A stretch of DNA of 64,000 nucleotides from the human T2T-CHM13v2.0 reference genome, Homo sapiens. The notes under the pieces were generated by a model, which saw only the letters and a program-made list of their open reading frames with translations, was not told the DNA's origin and did not search any database. The DNA is taken from assembly GCF_009914755.1 (NCBI RefSeq), contig NC_060935.1; one strand, 5' to 3'. The number at the start of each line of letters is the position of its first letter. Within the stretch, counting starts at the first letter, position 1. Both the position numbers and the translations under genes were made by a program. Below are positions 24,318 through 40,800 of this stretch, one piece after another.

Positions 24318-27239
24318 TTTCAAAACTGAGTTCTCTTCACATTGAAGATTCATTTAGCACATCTGTGGTTCCAGGCCTCCAGCTGATTTAGTCACTCGTG
24401 ATTGAAATAATGTTAAACAATTTGCATTTTTAAATGTCCAGGTCTCTAATATACACACTTTTAAGAGACAAAAATGACTCTCTAAGGGTTGCTGTAGACT
24501 TATGAAAAAATCATTTATGATATTGACACCGAAATGGAGACACCTTTATCACCTGAATAAAATAATGCCTTGAAAAATGAAAATAAGTATGTATAAAGAA
24601 ATAAAGACTTTCAAAATGGAAGGGGCTTAGGAATCCTTTGATTCACTATACATATCTACCTAATCCATCAAAAACTGTGTTAGTTTTATAGGGGCAATAA
24701 GAGATAAAATAAATATGCTTGTGGCTAATAAAGACTGTGAGGTATGTCCCAGATTTGTGGTCTCCTTGCATGGAGTGAACACAGGGTGACTGTTACGTGA
24801 GTGAGTGTTTGACATTTTATCACAACCTTCAATTGACAATCTTGAAAAGGATTTCTAGTGAAATTTTAAGAATATTTATGGAAGTTCGCATTTTCACTAG
24901 GATAACAATTATGTCACATTGAATTTCAATTTTTTACTTTAATTCTTATGAACGTTTCCACAATTTTTTGTTATTGTTCTTATTTATTTTAGGGGTTCCA
25001 TTAAAAAGGCCACAGGGATTTTTCACTGCTCATACTGTCAATTGTGTTTCTTTGACCTCTATGGTTAAAGAATGGTAAAATTACGATTATCAGAACAAAG
25101 TTTCTTTGAAGAGGCCCATCCTTCTTTTCTGTCTTTTTTTTTATTCCTTTATAATAGCCCAAGGCCTGAACCTTAAGCAGTTCCCTTCTCCAGAAAGAAT
25201 GATACTAAATACAATAATTTGTACATAGGTGCTAACACTTTAGTACTATCCAATTCAATCCATTTATGTATTGAACGAGCAAATATTTATTGAATATCAA
25301 TTTCAGTGGGTTCTGTATATACTATGACTTAGCAATGCTTTAGTAACTTTTCATCATTTCCCAGACACACTTATATTTTTGTAAAAGATTACTGTATATT
25401 TAGAAAGGGTGTATGCTTGATCCAAGAAAACAGCATGGAGTCGAGCCAAGAACAGCAAGTCTGGAATTTCATAGACCTCAGTCTGAATCTGACATTCATT
25501 GTTTGTGCTTTAGGAGAACTGCAAATACTTTAAGGCTGGAACTTAAGGGAAATGTGTGGCAGGGAAGAAGATAAAATGCCAAGAAATGAACCTCCATATA
25601 ACAGCCACATCAAGAATTATTATTTTTTTCTTTTTGGGGAGTTTTTTCGAACGGTAAAGGAACATCACTGAGGGCTAATAAGAAGTGACATGATAAGTTT
25701 GGGGTCTACAAAAGTTATCCCAGAGGCAGTATGCAGATGAATCAGAGAAGAACAACGGAAAACCAGAGAGAAATTGGGAAACTTGGAGGTTACGAGGATC
25801 TAAACAAAGGCAGAAGATCTGGAGTTGGAGAGAGAAGGGTGGGTATAAGAAATGTCAAGGGTTAGAATCTACAAAGTTTTATTAATTTGCGTATTTGTTT
25901 GTGTATGTGTGTGAGTGTGTGCATGTGAGATATTCTATTTGGAGGCCATGCATAACTCTCAATCAATATAATGAAGTACTCCCTCAAAATAATGCTCTAT
26001 GAACATGGGATGGGCTTCCTTATAAGGGTGATTTTCCTGCCACTGGAGTAGCTCAATCATAGGCTGCACGTTGTGGTTAGGCCTTTAAGGCAAGCTTATA
26101 TTAGATTAGCAGTTCCTAAACATTGTCCCTGCTTAAATTTCCACTGGAGCTATATGAGAAGAGTAAGGGCATTATAGTGGGATTGTCCTATTAATTACTT
26201 GAATTTAAAGCAAGAGTCTTCAATTTGTGATTAATTCTTATAATTTTACAATTAAAACATTTTTTTTCTTTTATTTAGTTTTGTTTTAAAATGCAAATAT
26301 CTGACAAAAGAAAACTTGAAAGCACCATACTGGGCCACTTTTATGTTCACTTTAAGGACATAAAAAGTGTTAAACTCTGGGCCTCAGCAGACTTATAGCC
26401 TTTGAGAGACCTTTGGGCTTTTAGATTTTACGCTTTTATTAGAATATTTCTGCCTGATGAAGTGCTTTCAGGTAGATCAACAGAGCAATGTGATTGAATA
26501 TTATTCAACCTTTCATAAACCAATTGTCTTAAACCATAATTGCAGGAAATGCTCCCAAAAGTTTCCAAGTGCAGCCTTTTCAAAAGCCAAATTCTAAAGT
26601 GAAATTGATGACATCTTACAAACACTTGCTCAAAGGTTCCTTTTGCAGTAAAATACAACATTGAAAAAATGTTAGGAGCCAAATTGCCAACATCATTCAC
26701 CAAAGTCAACTATTTCAGAAGCTCCCTCCATAGAGGCCTACAGACCTGTATCAAGTCATTTTCCACTTGTAATTTGGGGATTTTGAGGGGCCTGGAAGAC
26801 CTAGCTCTTTTTCCTTAAGGTGCTGCTGACAAGTAATGCAATTAAATTAAGCTTCAAGTCATAGGAGGGTGCCTCTAAGTGCCTGTACAGTTAAATGCCA
26901 CCGGATTTCAAATGAAAATGATGTGAATTAATTTCCTGGGAAGAACAAAAAGAAAAGGAAAGTCAAGAAGAAACACAGCTTCTGGTAACATAATACGTAG
27001 ATTAATGGCACCCACTGATTGACTGAAGTGTCAAAAAACACATCTTTCAGATATAAATGAAGCTACTGAAAGAGTTTGGGGTTTTGCTCACTCTCTTTTA
27101 TTCAAACGAAATATTAACTAATAAAGTCAAGGTAAAATTAGTTTTTCTTAGTATCTTTAACTTCTTCTCTACCTCAGAAGCTACCCTTTTAGACAAGAAA
27201 GTCTAGTGAAAGAGGGTAAGATTCATTCAAAGGCATCTT

Positions 27240-28030
27240 ATTATACCAGAAATAAAATTAAAATACCTTGTATTGACTTATAAAATCCTCTTTTACCTGG
27301 CTTCAAATTCTCAACTTCTTTTAGACTTTCAACCTTTTTTTTTTTTTTGAGACAGAGTCTTGCTCTGTCGCCCAGGCTGGAGTGCAGTGGCGCAATCTCG
27401 GCTCACTGCAACCTCCGCCTCTTGGGTTCAAGCAATTCTCCTGCTTTCACTCCAGTTCAGATCCTGAGCACTCCTGCCTCAGCCTCCCAAGTAGCTAGGA
27501 TTACAGGTGCGTGCCACCATGTCCAGCTAATTTTTTGTATTTTTAGTAGAGACAGGGTTTCACCGTGTTTAGCCAGGATGGTCTCAATCTCTTGACCTCG
27601 TGATCTACCCTCCTTGGCCTCCCAAAGTGCTGGGATTACAGGCATCAACCTTATCCCACATTTCCTGCCCTAGCACTAGCCTCTCCAGGCATATGGGCAT
27701 TCTTTTAGTGCTCGAATAGGGCCTTGGCCCTAGCTGTTTTCTCTGCCTAGAACATTCCCCTCTGCTCTTTGCAGGCACTGATCTTTTTGATCTTGTAAGA
27801 GAGGTCATCCCTCTCAAGCAACTCAATTGGCTACCCCATGTCTATTGCAACATTTTAATTTTCTGCAGAACCCTTATCTGATGTCTGTTTTTATGAATGG
27901 AGTTGTCTACCTCTGCTGAAATGTGTTGTCCATGAGAGTACAGACCTTACTTTCCTGTTCATGGCATATACTCCACTCATAGAATGGTACCAAGCACAAA
28001 GCAAGTGCAGGATTCAAATTTTTGAATGAA
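27240..28030 (-). mobile_element. L2 LINE 3' region hosting an Alu
   Basis: ctctgcctagaacattccc, ccatgagagtacagacc, tttgaatgaat terminus. Confidence 0.6.
27335..27645 (-). mobile_element. Alu (S-type), slightly 5'-truncated, with a non-Alu internal insertion
   Basis: Dimer; TSD tcaacctt at 27329 and 27645. Confidence 0.95.
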
Positions 28031-28259
28031 TAGCTAAGATGGTAAAAGTTAGATCTGGAAATCAACTGCATAATATTGATAAGAAGTCGAGGTAGAGATT
28101 TGAGAAGGCAACAAGCTGTTTCTGTAGCAAATATTCTCAGGTCACCCCTAAGTAGGTCTTAACTGAATGATGACTATGTATCCAGTTGTATTTACATTTG
28201 TCAAATACAAAAAAAAAAAAAAGGAAGAATGTATGTTCTTAACTTCTAGCCATACATAG

Positions 28260-28500
28260 ACAACATTGGATAAAAGCCTGGGCTCTTAAGCCCAACACCA
28301 GAAGTTTCAGTATTGGCTCCCTTATGTCTTAGCTGTGTGACTTTGGTAAGTTATTTAACCTCTCTAAGCCTCAAAGACCTCATCAATAACCGGTTACACC
28401 TGTTCTACAGAATTACAAAGATTAATATGAAGTAATGCAGAAGAATAGTTAGCACAGTTGCTGGCATCCAATAAGCACTCAATTATTAGTCATATTTGCT
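28260..28500 (+). mobile_element. MIR SINE
   Basis: ttagctgtgtgactttggtaagttatttaacctctctaagcctc core. Confidence 0.75.
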
Positions 28501-29534
28501 ATTATTAATAAATGTATGATACCAAGTTGTGCGTTACTATGGGTTCTGTCTTCTACATGTGGTTACTTGACCAACGAGGTTGTTTTTTGGCTCTCCCTTA
28601 ATAATGTAGCAAATGTGACCAACGAAACAGAACTTCGGCCCATTCTCTTTGAGCAGCTCTTCCTTGGTGTCTCCACCTATGTCATTCAGCCAGACTGCCT
28701 GACTAGAGTTTAAAGTCACTTTCATCAACATAAATGTATAGCAACATTAATGTTAAAACTATTTTTTGGAAGTATATTAAGGAAAATGTCATTTTGTCCT
28801 TATCTTTCCTATAAAGATTTAGTTATTGTATCTTTAAAAAGGTTAGCCTTTTTCTCTTCCAAAGTGTCAAAAGAAATCTCAAAATATGGTGTGACCTTGA
28901 ACTAATTGCTTTCCCTTTCCGTGTCTCAGTTTGTCTGTTTTAAATAAGTCTAATAATTCCTAACACAGCAGCTGCTCACTTCATGGTAGTGAGGTGAAAA
29001 TTAGTTTCTCATGTTCAAAACCAGAGTCACCTTCAAAACTGTCCCCGATACACACCCACACATTCATTTATGTTCCAGGTTCTTTCATTCTCACATGGAC
29101 AAAGTGTATGGCATGTGTCCCTTCCTTTACACTCTACCTGCTTTCACTCCAGTTCAGATCCTGACCACTCTTCCCATCATATGCTCCTGCCCCAATCCAA
29201 CCCACCCATGGCTAATACACAGTCAAAAGCACCAGCTGTGATGCAAAGCAGCATGGTCCACTTATTGAGTGCTTACTCTGTGTCAGGCACTGTGCTCAGC
29301 ACTTCATGTGCACTGTCATTTCACTGTAGCTCCAATGATTGCCACGCCCACGTTCAGAGACTCTCATTAGCTGCATGCCTATATCCCCATTCATTACCCT
29401 TTATAACATGGCCCTGAGCTTGTACTGCCATTCACTATTTAATGATCTTGGGTAAGATGTGCTATGTAATCTCAAAAGATCTCGATTACTCATCTATAAA
29501 ATAAGTGAAAATAATAGTACAACCTCACAAGGTT

Positions 29535-29847
29535 ATCCGGTTTTTTTTTTTCTCTCTGTGGCACAATTGGTATTTCAAGTTAGATATCTATGTATCTATG
29601 TATCTATCTATCTCTATCTATCTAATATCTATCTATCTATATACAATTTTTTTTTGTTTTTGTTTTTTTGCTTGGGGAGGTGCCCTAGGTCCTGTAGGAT
29701 GTTTAGCAGCATTCCTAGCTGGTACCCACTAGATGGCAGTAGCATCCTCTCTTCCCCACTCCACCTCCTCACCCCCCATTATGACAATCAAAATGTCTAC
29801 AGACATGAATAATTCTCTCCTCCCCACCGCTCCACTGAAAACCACTA
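29535..29847 (-). mobile_element. MER20 hAT DNA transposon containing a (TATC)n expansion
   Basis: tgtaggatgtttagcagcat...tacccactagatggcagtagcatcc...gacaatcaaaatgtctacagaca...gaaaaccact. Confidence 0.8.
29584..29642. repeat. Imperfect (TATC/TATG)n tetranucleotide repeat
   Basis: Direct reading. Confidence 0.85.
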
Positions 29848-30988
29848 GGGTGTTGGGATGAGTAAATTAGATAGTTTTAAATACTGGACATAAACTGTCC
29901 CTTTCTTTCTTTCTTTGAATGATTGGGAGAAATTTGCATGTTCCCTATTCCCCAGCATAATCAATAGAATTGTGGCTCCCAAGATTAGTCCTGAATTGTC
30001 CTGCTCCCTTGCCTGTGTAGCTCTGTCTACTGCAACACTCTCCCACCCAGCTTCTGCCTTGCAAATGCCTATCCATCCTCTAAAATTCTTTTTCCTAGGG
30101 GAAGTTTCCCAATTCTTTCCAACTGCATGATATTTCTCCCTCTAAATACTTTCAAATGTCATTTTTGTTCAATCACGACCTTTGCCTTCTGCCATGTTGT
30201 ATAGTTATGTATATAATTGTATCATCTCTCCTGTTGAAATTGAAAACTGCATGAGAGTGAGATTCATTGTTTTGTGTCTTTTTAGCCACCAGATAAATGA
30301 GCACAGTTGCTGGCATATATTAGTTGCTCATTAAATGTTTGTTAAATTTTATTTAGGACACAAACGAAACAAATGACTTATTATAAAGAAATGACTAAAA
30401 ATGTTAAAGTAAACTAAAAAAAAGTTAGAGAATACAAAATTAAACTTATCTCCAGATGCTTGTTGAAATAGTCATATAATTGAGCCAATAGAGGTTTATT
30501 GTTTAAATTATTCATGCAACTGCCTTAATTCTCTGTTTCTCTTTGCACATGTAGGAACAGCTGAGAAAGAATTATAGTTGTCATTTGAAAACTATTAAGT
30601 GATTTGCCTACTGATGGAATTTGTATTATTTCGCTAGAAACAGAATTTATCAAATAAAGGAGGTACAAGCAAATCTACATTATTGCTTTATTAATCAAAA
30701 AAGAGAGCCAAGGAGGCACTGCTAGTGTGGAGTGATGGCACTGATACTGAACCTTTTTTCCCCCCATCTCTTCCTGTGATTTCAGAAAACAATCACACTT
30801 TCTCCCCCACCACACATACAGTTGTTTGCTATGGCAGGTGCAATTCTCTTTTCCCAGAGAGTTTGAAATCTAGCCAAGCTTATGCATGGCCGCTGATGCA
30901 GTTGTGATAAAGTAGAAGAGAAACTGATCTTCAATTTGGGAAACATGGATTAAAGATCCAACATTAACACTTCATAGCATTGTAAATA

Positions 30989-31192
30989 TGTTACATTGAA
31001 TAATGCCTCCCCTCAACCTCCCCAAAATGTCCATATTTGAATCTCTGGAACCTGTGGCTATGTCTCATACATGGCAAAAGGGACCTTGCAGGTATGATTA
31101 AGTCACAAATTTTGAAATGGGAGATTATCCTGGATGACCTGGTGGGTCCAATGTAATTATAAGGGTCCTTATAAGAGAAAGGCAGGAGGTCA
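30989..31192 (+). mobile_element. MLT1D-like LTR 5' part
   Basis: catggcaaaagggaccttgcagg...ggagattatcctggatgacctggtgggtccaatgtaat. Confidence 0.75.
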
Positions 31193-31669
31193 AATACCTT
31201 ATACTGTCAGTTAACATAATTGCTGGGCAAGTGACTCAAGCCAACCACAAACTTTTTTTTTCCATGGACTATAAGAAGGGAGAAACCCTTGATCCACTGA
31301 GGTGGCCAAAATGATGGAAGGTGAATCTGTAGTTTGGGAATTTCATTGCCACCACATACGAAAGCCAGCCCAAGAAAAATGTCAGCAGTGACGGAAGTAG
31401 AGCTATGAGATTAAGAGTGATAGATTCTATGTTTCAGCTTATTAGGTATTGAACATCTAGATCTAGTCATACTTGAAGCTACTCTGGTTACATGAGCCAA
31501 TAAAACGGACATGCATATGAATCATCAGAATGGGCTGCACCATCCATATTTCTACCAACATTCTGTTCATGATCATATAGGTATTCTCAAAGAAGTATGG
31601 AACTTTCTTTACAGCTCACTTCCACTCCTTCTGAGCCCTCACCAGAGTCACCCTTAATGGTTTGTTCAC

Positions 31670-32055
31670 ACCAGTACAGGCTGTATTGTAGCATATTCAC
31701 GGTTATGCAACCATCACCACAGTGTCATTTTAGAATATTTTATCATCTGAGAAAGAAACTTGGTACTATTAGCAGTCATTCTCAAGTCCTCACCCTGCCA
31801 TCAGTAAACACTAATCTACTTTCTATTTCTATAGATTTGCTTATTGTATATTCAAATTGATATATATATCCATATCATATTCATATTCAATATTTCATAT
31901 AAATGGAATCATACCATGTGTGGTCTTGTGTGTCTGGCTTCTCTCACTCAGCATAATCTTTTCAAGGTTCATCTATGCCATACCACATATCAGTATTTCA
32001 TTCCATTTTATTGCCAAATAATATTGCATTATATGAGTAGACAATATTTTATTTC
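31670..32055 (-). mobile_element. Old L1M 3' fragment
   Basis: cactaatctactttctatttctatagatttgc...atttcatataaatggaatcatac. Confidence 0.8.
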
Positions 32056-32123
32056 AGTTATTATTATTACAGGGTAGAATATTTTTGAGTGAACAGGACA
32101 GAGAAGAAAGGAGCAGAAGTGTA

Positions 32124-32416
32124 TTTTTTTTTTTTTTTTGAGACAGTATCTTGCTCTGTTGCTGGAGTGCAATTGCACAATCTCAGCTCACTGCAACCTC
32201 CACCTCTACGACTCAAGTGATTATCCCACCTCAACCTCCCAAGTAGCAGGGACTGAAGGTGTGCTTTACCACGCCCAGCTAATTTTTTGTATTTTTTGTA
32301 GAGACGGATTTTCACCATGTAGCCCAGGCTGGTCTCAAACTCCTGAGCTTAAGCGATCCACCTTCCTGGACCTCCCAAAATGCTGGGATGACAGGCAAGA
32401 GACACCATGCCCCACC
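32124..32416 (-). mobile_element. Alu (J-type)
   Basis: Diverged dimer with poly-T. Confidence 0.9.
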
Positions 32417-34214
32417 AAAAGTATGATCTTAATGGCTGCTCAGGCCCCCAGAAGCAGGAAGAAGATATGTTTGACTAGAGAAAGGAAAGGATGGTTGAGG
32501 AGGGATGCTGAACATTCTGTGGAAGCATGCCAGAGGCCCATCTTCTTCCCTCCTGCTGGCCCTGCCTGGAGTCAGGGGAATAAAAGGTGACTGGCTCATC
32601 CTATATGGAGGCAACCTAATGTAGAAGAAAGTACTGCCTTCTTACTCACTAACTCGGTTAGCTTGGGAGAGTCATTTAAGTCCGTGAAGTATCAGTATCC
32701 TCCAATCATCCCCCCACTTCTCCACTTATTTCCCGCAGCCCTATTCTTACTTCATGAATAATCATGAAGATCATATTTTGAAGAGGGTAAAAGTATTTTA
32801 TAAATTGGAACATATTTTCAAAAGTACAACCATGCTTCAATAGAACAGTGTGCTAGAGGCATTTTGAAATGCTTTCTTATGAAAGGAAAATGCTTTTGAG
32901 GTCCCTGAATTCCTTAGGAATTCATAGGTAAATAAGGAATGAATCAGAACCCCAAAGTAACTATTGTGGTTAGTTGAAAATGGGCCCTAACAGACTCTGA
33001 TGCCCTTCCAGGTAGCAGTCTATCTTATTCATCATTGTACCACATTGCTTGCCACAATTTATAGGCTATAGTAACATCAATAAACCTATTTTATTGAAGG
33101 AAAAATCAGAACTCTCTATAATCGTGCATCAATCGGCACATGCATGATTTGTGTGCTGTATCCTCCAATCATCTTTATTAAAGTAACAAAAAGAAGCACT
33201 AGCTTAGCTTACATTTAATGAGCATGTACTATGTGGCAGATACTGTGCTACACTCTTATAAGCATTAACTCACAACAACCACCCCACCCCCTCCATAAAG
33301 AATTCAGGGGTGACAGAAGTAATATGTTTTTTAAGTTTAAAAGCTAATTTCAATGCTGACTGTATGCTGGTTTGATTTAAAGTCAAAGCCTTTAAAAGGA
33401 CTTTGGTTTACTTTATTTATTAGAATTAAGCATAATAACTATATATTATCTCATTTCCAAAGACTGGGTCCTAAAGAAGAATCCAAAGAGTTTTGTTTTG
33501 TTTAGGGTCCATTTGAAAATATTTTGAAAACCATATGCATTAATTCGGGATGTGATACACTGTATGGCTCACCTGAGGTGGTTCTTAGTTCAAATTATAG
33601 TTTTTAAAGATACTGAGGATTCCTTAGATCCTTTGTGTCATTATCTCTGCCAAAACAGAAAATATCTCCATATTCTGTGCAACCATACTTTATCCTGTCA
33701 TTTTTTTTCCAAAACTTTTCAAAACTCAACTCATCCATAAAATCTTCTGTGATCAAGGCGGAAGCCACCCAGACATTCTGTTAATATCCTCAGTGTGATT
33801 GATATTTCTCTCCTGCAGTATGGCAAGATAGCATATGCGTATATGGGCAAGCGTATCTAACTTTATGTTAATGTGCATCTGTTCCTCTTATCTCTACCAT
33901 ACTATTAAGATATTAAGCTCTCAGGGCCTGTCTTTGTTTCCCTTCACAGAAGACAGCATTTATCCTCCTGGGTAACCCTAGTGCCTAATTTTGTGGCATA
34001 ATGTACATGTTCAATAAACGTGTACTTAATGAGTGAGTGCTCAATGAGGACAATGACAACATTGAAAGAAAATCTCTTTCTGTACACAGAGAAAATAAGA
34101 TCACATACAAATAGAAGTTCTAATAGTTTGCCTTCTTGGGCATTTTATTTTTAAGTATTCTCAGCTGAAATATGCTGTACAAAAGCTGAGATTTAGCAGG
34201 TAATTTTTATTTCA

Positions 34215-34607
<393 letters not shown>

Positions 34608-35934
34608 TTATGGTTTTGTATGTCTCAGCATCTTAAAGCTATGGATTTCACTTATGTCTTGTTATTTATCATAGATGTGGGTTAAGGCCAAAGAAGGGAA
34701 CTCAAGATGAACTATGGAGTTCTAACTCACCAACTCCCTTCTGTTGATACATAAAAAAAAGTTTGAAAAATTTAACTTCTGAGTTGCGTGAAACTCTTGC
34801 TTGGTTATACTTTCTGTCAGTTTCTTTGAATTATTATTGTTACCTTAATCGATAACAGTAACCATAAATAAACAATAGAGCCACCAATGCTTGAGAAGAT
34901 TTGAGTCATATTGCCTAGATTTTAATCCCATTTCTACCTTCTTTCCATTTGAATGATCTTGAACAAATAAGTTATTTTGCTTTTGTCTTCCTCCTTCTTT
35001 GAAGTAAAGGTGAAAACAGTGCTGTGAGATAATTCATGTAAAGGAGCTTAGTTCCAGCCATGTGCATGGGAATTTATTCACATCATTTATTATTACCTGC
35101 CATTATTTTTAGGATAGTGGTATTGATAAGTAGACTGGGTTAAGTAAACTCCTCCATGAATAGATGTCTTCAAGACCTTTTAAAAAAGGGATTCCCAACC
35201 CTTCATAGCACCAACCCAGTTTTACCCAAGAATGCTAAAAGAAAGGCAAATTCAAGGGAATCCAGAGCTATTGAGGGGTTCCTGTTTTAGTCTTATTTGC
35301 AAAAGGATTTTCCTTTACCTCTCAGATACTAACTACTCCATGAATACAGTATGGTCATGGTTCCAACAGTCTAGCAGAAGGACAGTGTCAACAATCTGGA
35401 TGAAAATGTAGTCAGCTTAACCCGAAAGACATTTATTTGAGCATTTAATTGCTTTCAGAGATTGGACAGCAGTTACATGAAGGCTCAAGCTCTCCCAAGC
35501 AACATCTTGATACCTTCACTGACCAGGTGCCCTCTCTTTTGCACTTTACAGGCTTGCAGAATTGCTAAGTCCAACATTTTTGCCACTCATCCACTCCTTT
35601 CACTGAGACCCAAATGTCTATCACGCCAGAAGTGGTCTTAGCTTTACTTTACTGGTGAATGGCAAATATATTATTGCCTGTCCCTTTCACCATCCTCAAA
35701 GTCTCTTTTCAATCTCTACCTCTGGACATTACAACTCACATTCTTTTTGTTTTGTCCTATTTGTAATCGATCAAATAGATTTGTTTATGTTAGTTTTTAC
35801 TCCTCGCCTCCTCCCAGGCCTTTCACCATGTTGCTGGCTTCTACAGCCCTTCAATTCTGTGACTTACCACAACAGGCAGGAGTTATTATCACTGTTATAG
35901 ATTAAGGCAGAGGAGTCATGATAACATGAAAACA

Positions 35935-37805
<1,871 letters not shown>

Positions 37806-40800
37806 TACTGCACAGACAGGAAAAAATGAAAAAATTAAAAAACCCAATATGGATTATAAAGGGATGGCGTGTGTGTGTGCATGTGTGTGTGTTTTAGAGG
37901 AGGAAGAAGTCATTTTTATCCTTTAAATAGCTTTTGCTTAGTTTGCAATTTATTTTATTCTCCTAGTTTATGTACCTACATGTCTATTTCTCATTTTAAA
38001 ACAAGGAAATATTACCCTCATATAATACTATTATCTAGATATTTTTCTACACATATAAATGCCTAATATATGTAATATGTAAAATTATTAATGTCACATT
38101 TACATTTCTTATAATCAGAAATTTAAAATTAATATTATGAATATATTCCCATATCTATACATTCAGAGCAGCAGCATTGTGAAACACTGTATAGTGTTTC
38201 ATTATATCAATAAACTATATAACACAGTCTATTTTTAGTTTTTTAAGTTGTTTCCAATATATTGCAACTGCTTACAATACTCTAATGATCATGCCTGTAG
38301 ATATGTCTTCATTTGTCCACTGATTTATTTGCAATCTTAGAAAAGGAAGTGGCACATTTTAAAGACATTTGAATCACGTAACATATAGGTCTCTGACAGG
38401 GTTACACCAAATTATACTCTGAACAGCGGTTTATAAAAATGCTCCTTCTCTAAACTCTTAACACTACAGGATGTTTTAATTTGGTTTTAAATTTAAAGAG
38501 CAATGAGGAGGCATCCCATAGAGCTTACAATCTCCCTGAGTAGGGCTACATCAGATTTATGGTGTACAGATTTGTTAACCAGGACCGAATCATGGGAATG
38601 TGGGCATGTTTGTTCTATTAGCAAGATCTCTATGAATTAGATCTAATAACTATTTTAGCCACTACCAATATAGCCACATTTCAGAGAAAACCCAAACTGG
38701 AAAAAGTCTATGCATTTTTTAATCAAAAAAAATCCCACAGATGTGATAATAGCAAATATTCTTTCAGTTCTCTTTAGATTGGAGGCAATAATATTGTCTC
38801 ACTCGAAATTATGTAACTCATTATAGACATTGGGGGAATCCAATTTATAGATATGTTTTCAGAAATAAGTAGAACTCTATTTGTTGCTAGATAAAAATGT
38901 CAATCATAAAGTAACAGCCACCACAACTTACTCATGTAGATGTCTAGTTTTTGTGAATGAATCAGAAACCTGACAAGGCTGTTTGGAACTTTACTTGTTC
39001 CAATCTGTTGCTTTGTCCAGTTAATCAGTTAATGACCTTTTGGAAGACAATAATTCTCAGTCCCTCTACTAGCAAAAAGAAGACAGAAGTAAACATCAGT
39101 AGGGATATGGCCAAATCCTATTAGTATAAATTCAGATAGGACAAAAAATCTGCATGACAATGCTTACAGGCAACAGAAAATGAAGAGTTATGATAGTTAA
39201 TCAAATGAGTGGTTGTATTTTCTGATCTCTAGGCGTTTAATAAACTTTCACAAAGGGTTCTTGGAAAATTTCTCTGAATATCCAAACATTCTATAGAACT
39301 TGTTATGCATTTATTTATCATATGCGTGACTGTAAATATCATTAGAAGCTTCATAAATCTCAAGGTAAAATTAAACTTAGAATGCTTTCACTATGATGTG
39401 ATTTGGTTAAGCTGTGATTTATGGGTGCCAGGAAACCAGATAGCCTTGAATTTCTGAGATAAACTCTTTAGGATAGACCCATTGGAGATCTATATAGGGT
39501 TCTCTTAAGTTACCAGGTTTTTTAAAAAAATTTAGTTCCCTAATATGCTAAAAAAAGATGTTATAAAGGCTGTGGGAAATGGGAAAAGGGGAGAAAACTG
39601 GGATTTACTCATTCTAAATTAGATGAGCAAATGTATATTTTGGAAAATAATCTCATACATTTATAATCAATCTAACCATTTAATAGTTTATTCAACTAAT
39701 GTTTACTAAAATTCAATGATGCAAACATCTTTTATTGAACTTAATCTGGGGAAATTCTGGGGTCTTCAGTAAAGGTCCTAAATTAGGGTATTTTGTTTTT
39801 TTTTTTAGGAGCAGGACATCCTACTGACTTAGGACTACTTTATTCCTTTTTAAATATTGTTTTGCAAAGTATTATTGGATTTGGCTCTTTCACAGCAGTC
39901 CTAGTCTTTCCATTTCCTGATTATTCCTCATTCTTGTTTCATCACAGTATTTTAATTTTCTAGGGTTAGGTGTCCCTTTGCATAATGGGTTATACTTTCC
40001 ACAGGATCTAAGCACAACTTAGTATCCAGACTGAAATCTTAGCAGAAGGATGCTCTAGCTTGAAATTCTAGAGCTGACAATAAATTACATATCTGTCCTG
40101 TTCTTCACCAATTCATAATTTACTGACAATTGTAGCCATGCAGGCAAGTTTCTCAATGTATGCATTTGTGATTATATTTCCTGAAACCCATGCCCTTCTA
40201 TGTGTTTCATCAAGATACTGAAACGTCTCTCTGCATGTCTCTTGGTCCATCCTACATGTTCCTTCCTGAGATCACCTTCTCAATTACTATATTAACTTTA
40301 CTTCCTTCATGGTTTTATTAGTTCACATATGGTTTTTGCCACTCATTACCAAGTTACAACACTACGCTACTCTTTTTATTTAAAGGTAGGAAGCAGCTTA
40401 TTTTAAATCTAAAGTATTCCCATTCCATTCTTAAGAGGAAAGATGAGAGAAACCAGGTTCCTCTTTTAGAGAGCAGAAGTCCATATTCTCTGCAGCAGCA
40501 GCAACCTGGTAGCAAGGAGTAGACTCTTCCTTTCAAAGTGAACACAGGCAGGATCAGAACCTTTATACATGTAACCATACATTTAAGCTTACATATTAGC
40601 TTCCAGAGGTATAAGTTTTTAGTGTCAAATTAAAAATATTGATCAGTCTAGTAGACCTTTGGTATTCTTGAAAGACATACCCGAGAACATTGATAATAAT
40701 CAATTTCCAAACATCACTATACTCGTCTATGCCAAATAATATCAAATATAGATATCACCTCCCAGATAGTAAGCCTATTTTGTTTTCAATGATTAATTAT

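Noticed and set aside
28568-28624. tgaccaacga repeated twice, and similar 10-14 bp micro-duplications (20946, 45762, 46909, 60190)
   Set aside because: Short enough to be ordinary slippage or chance
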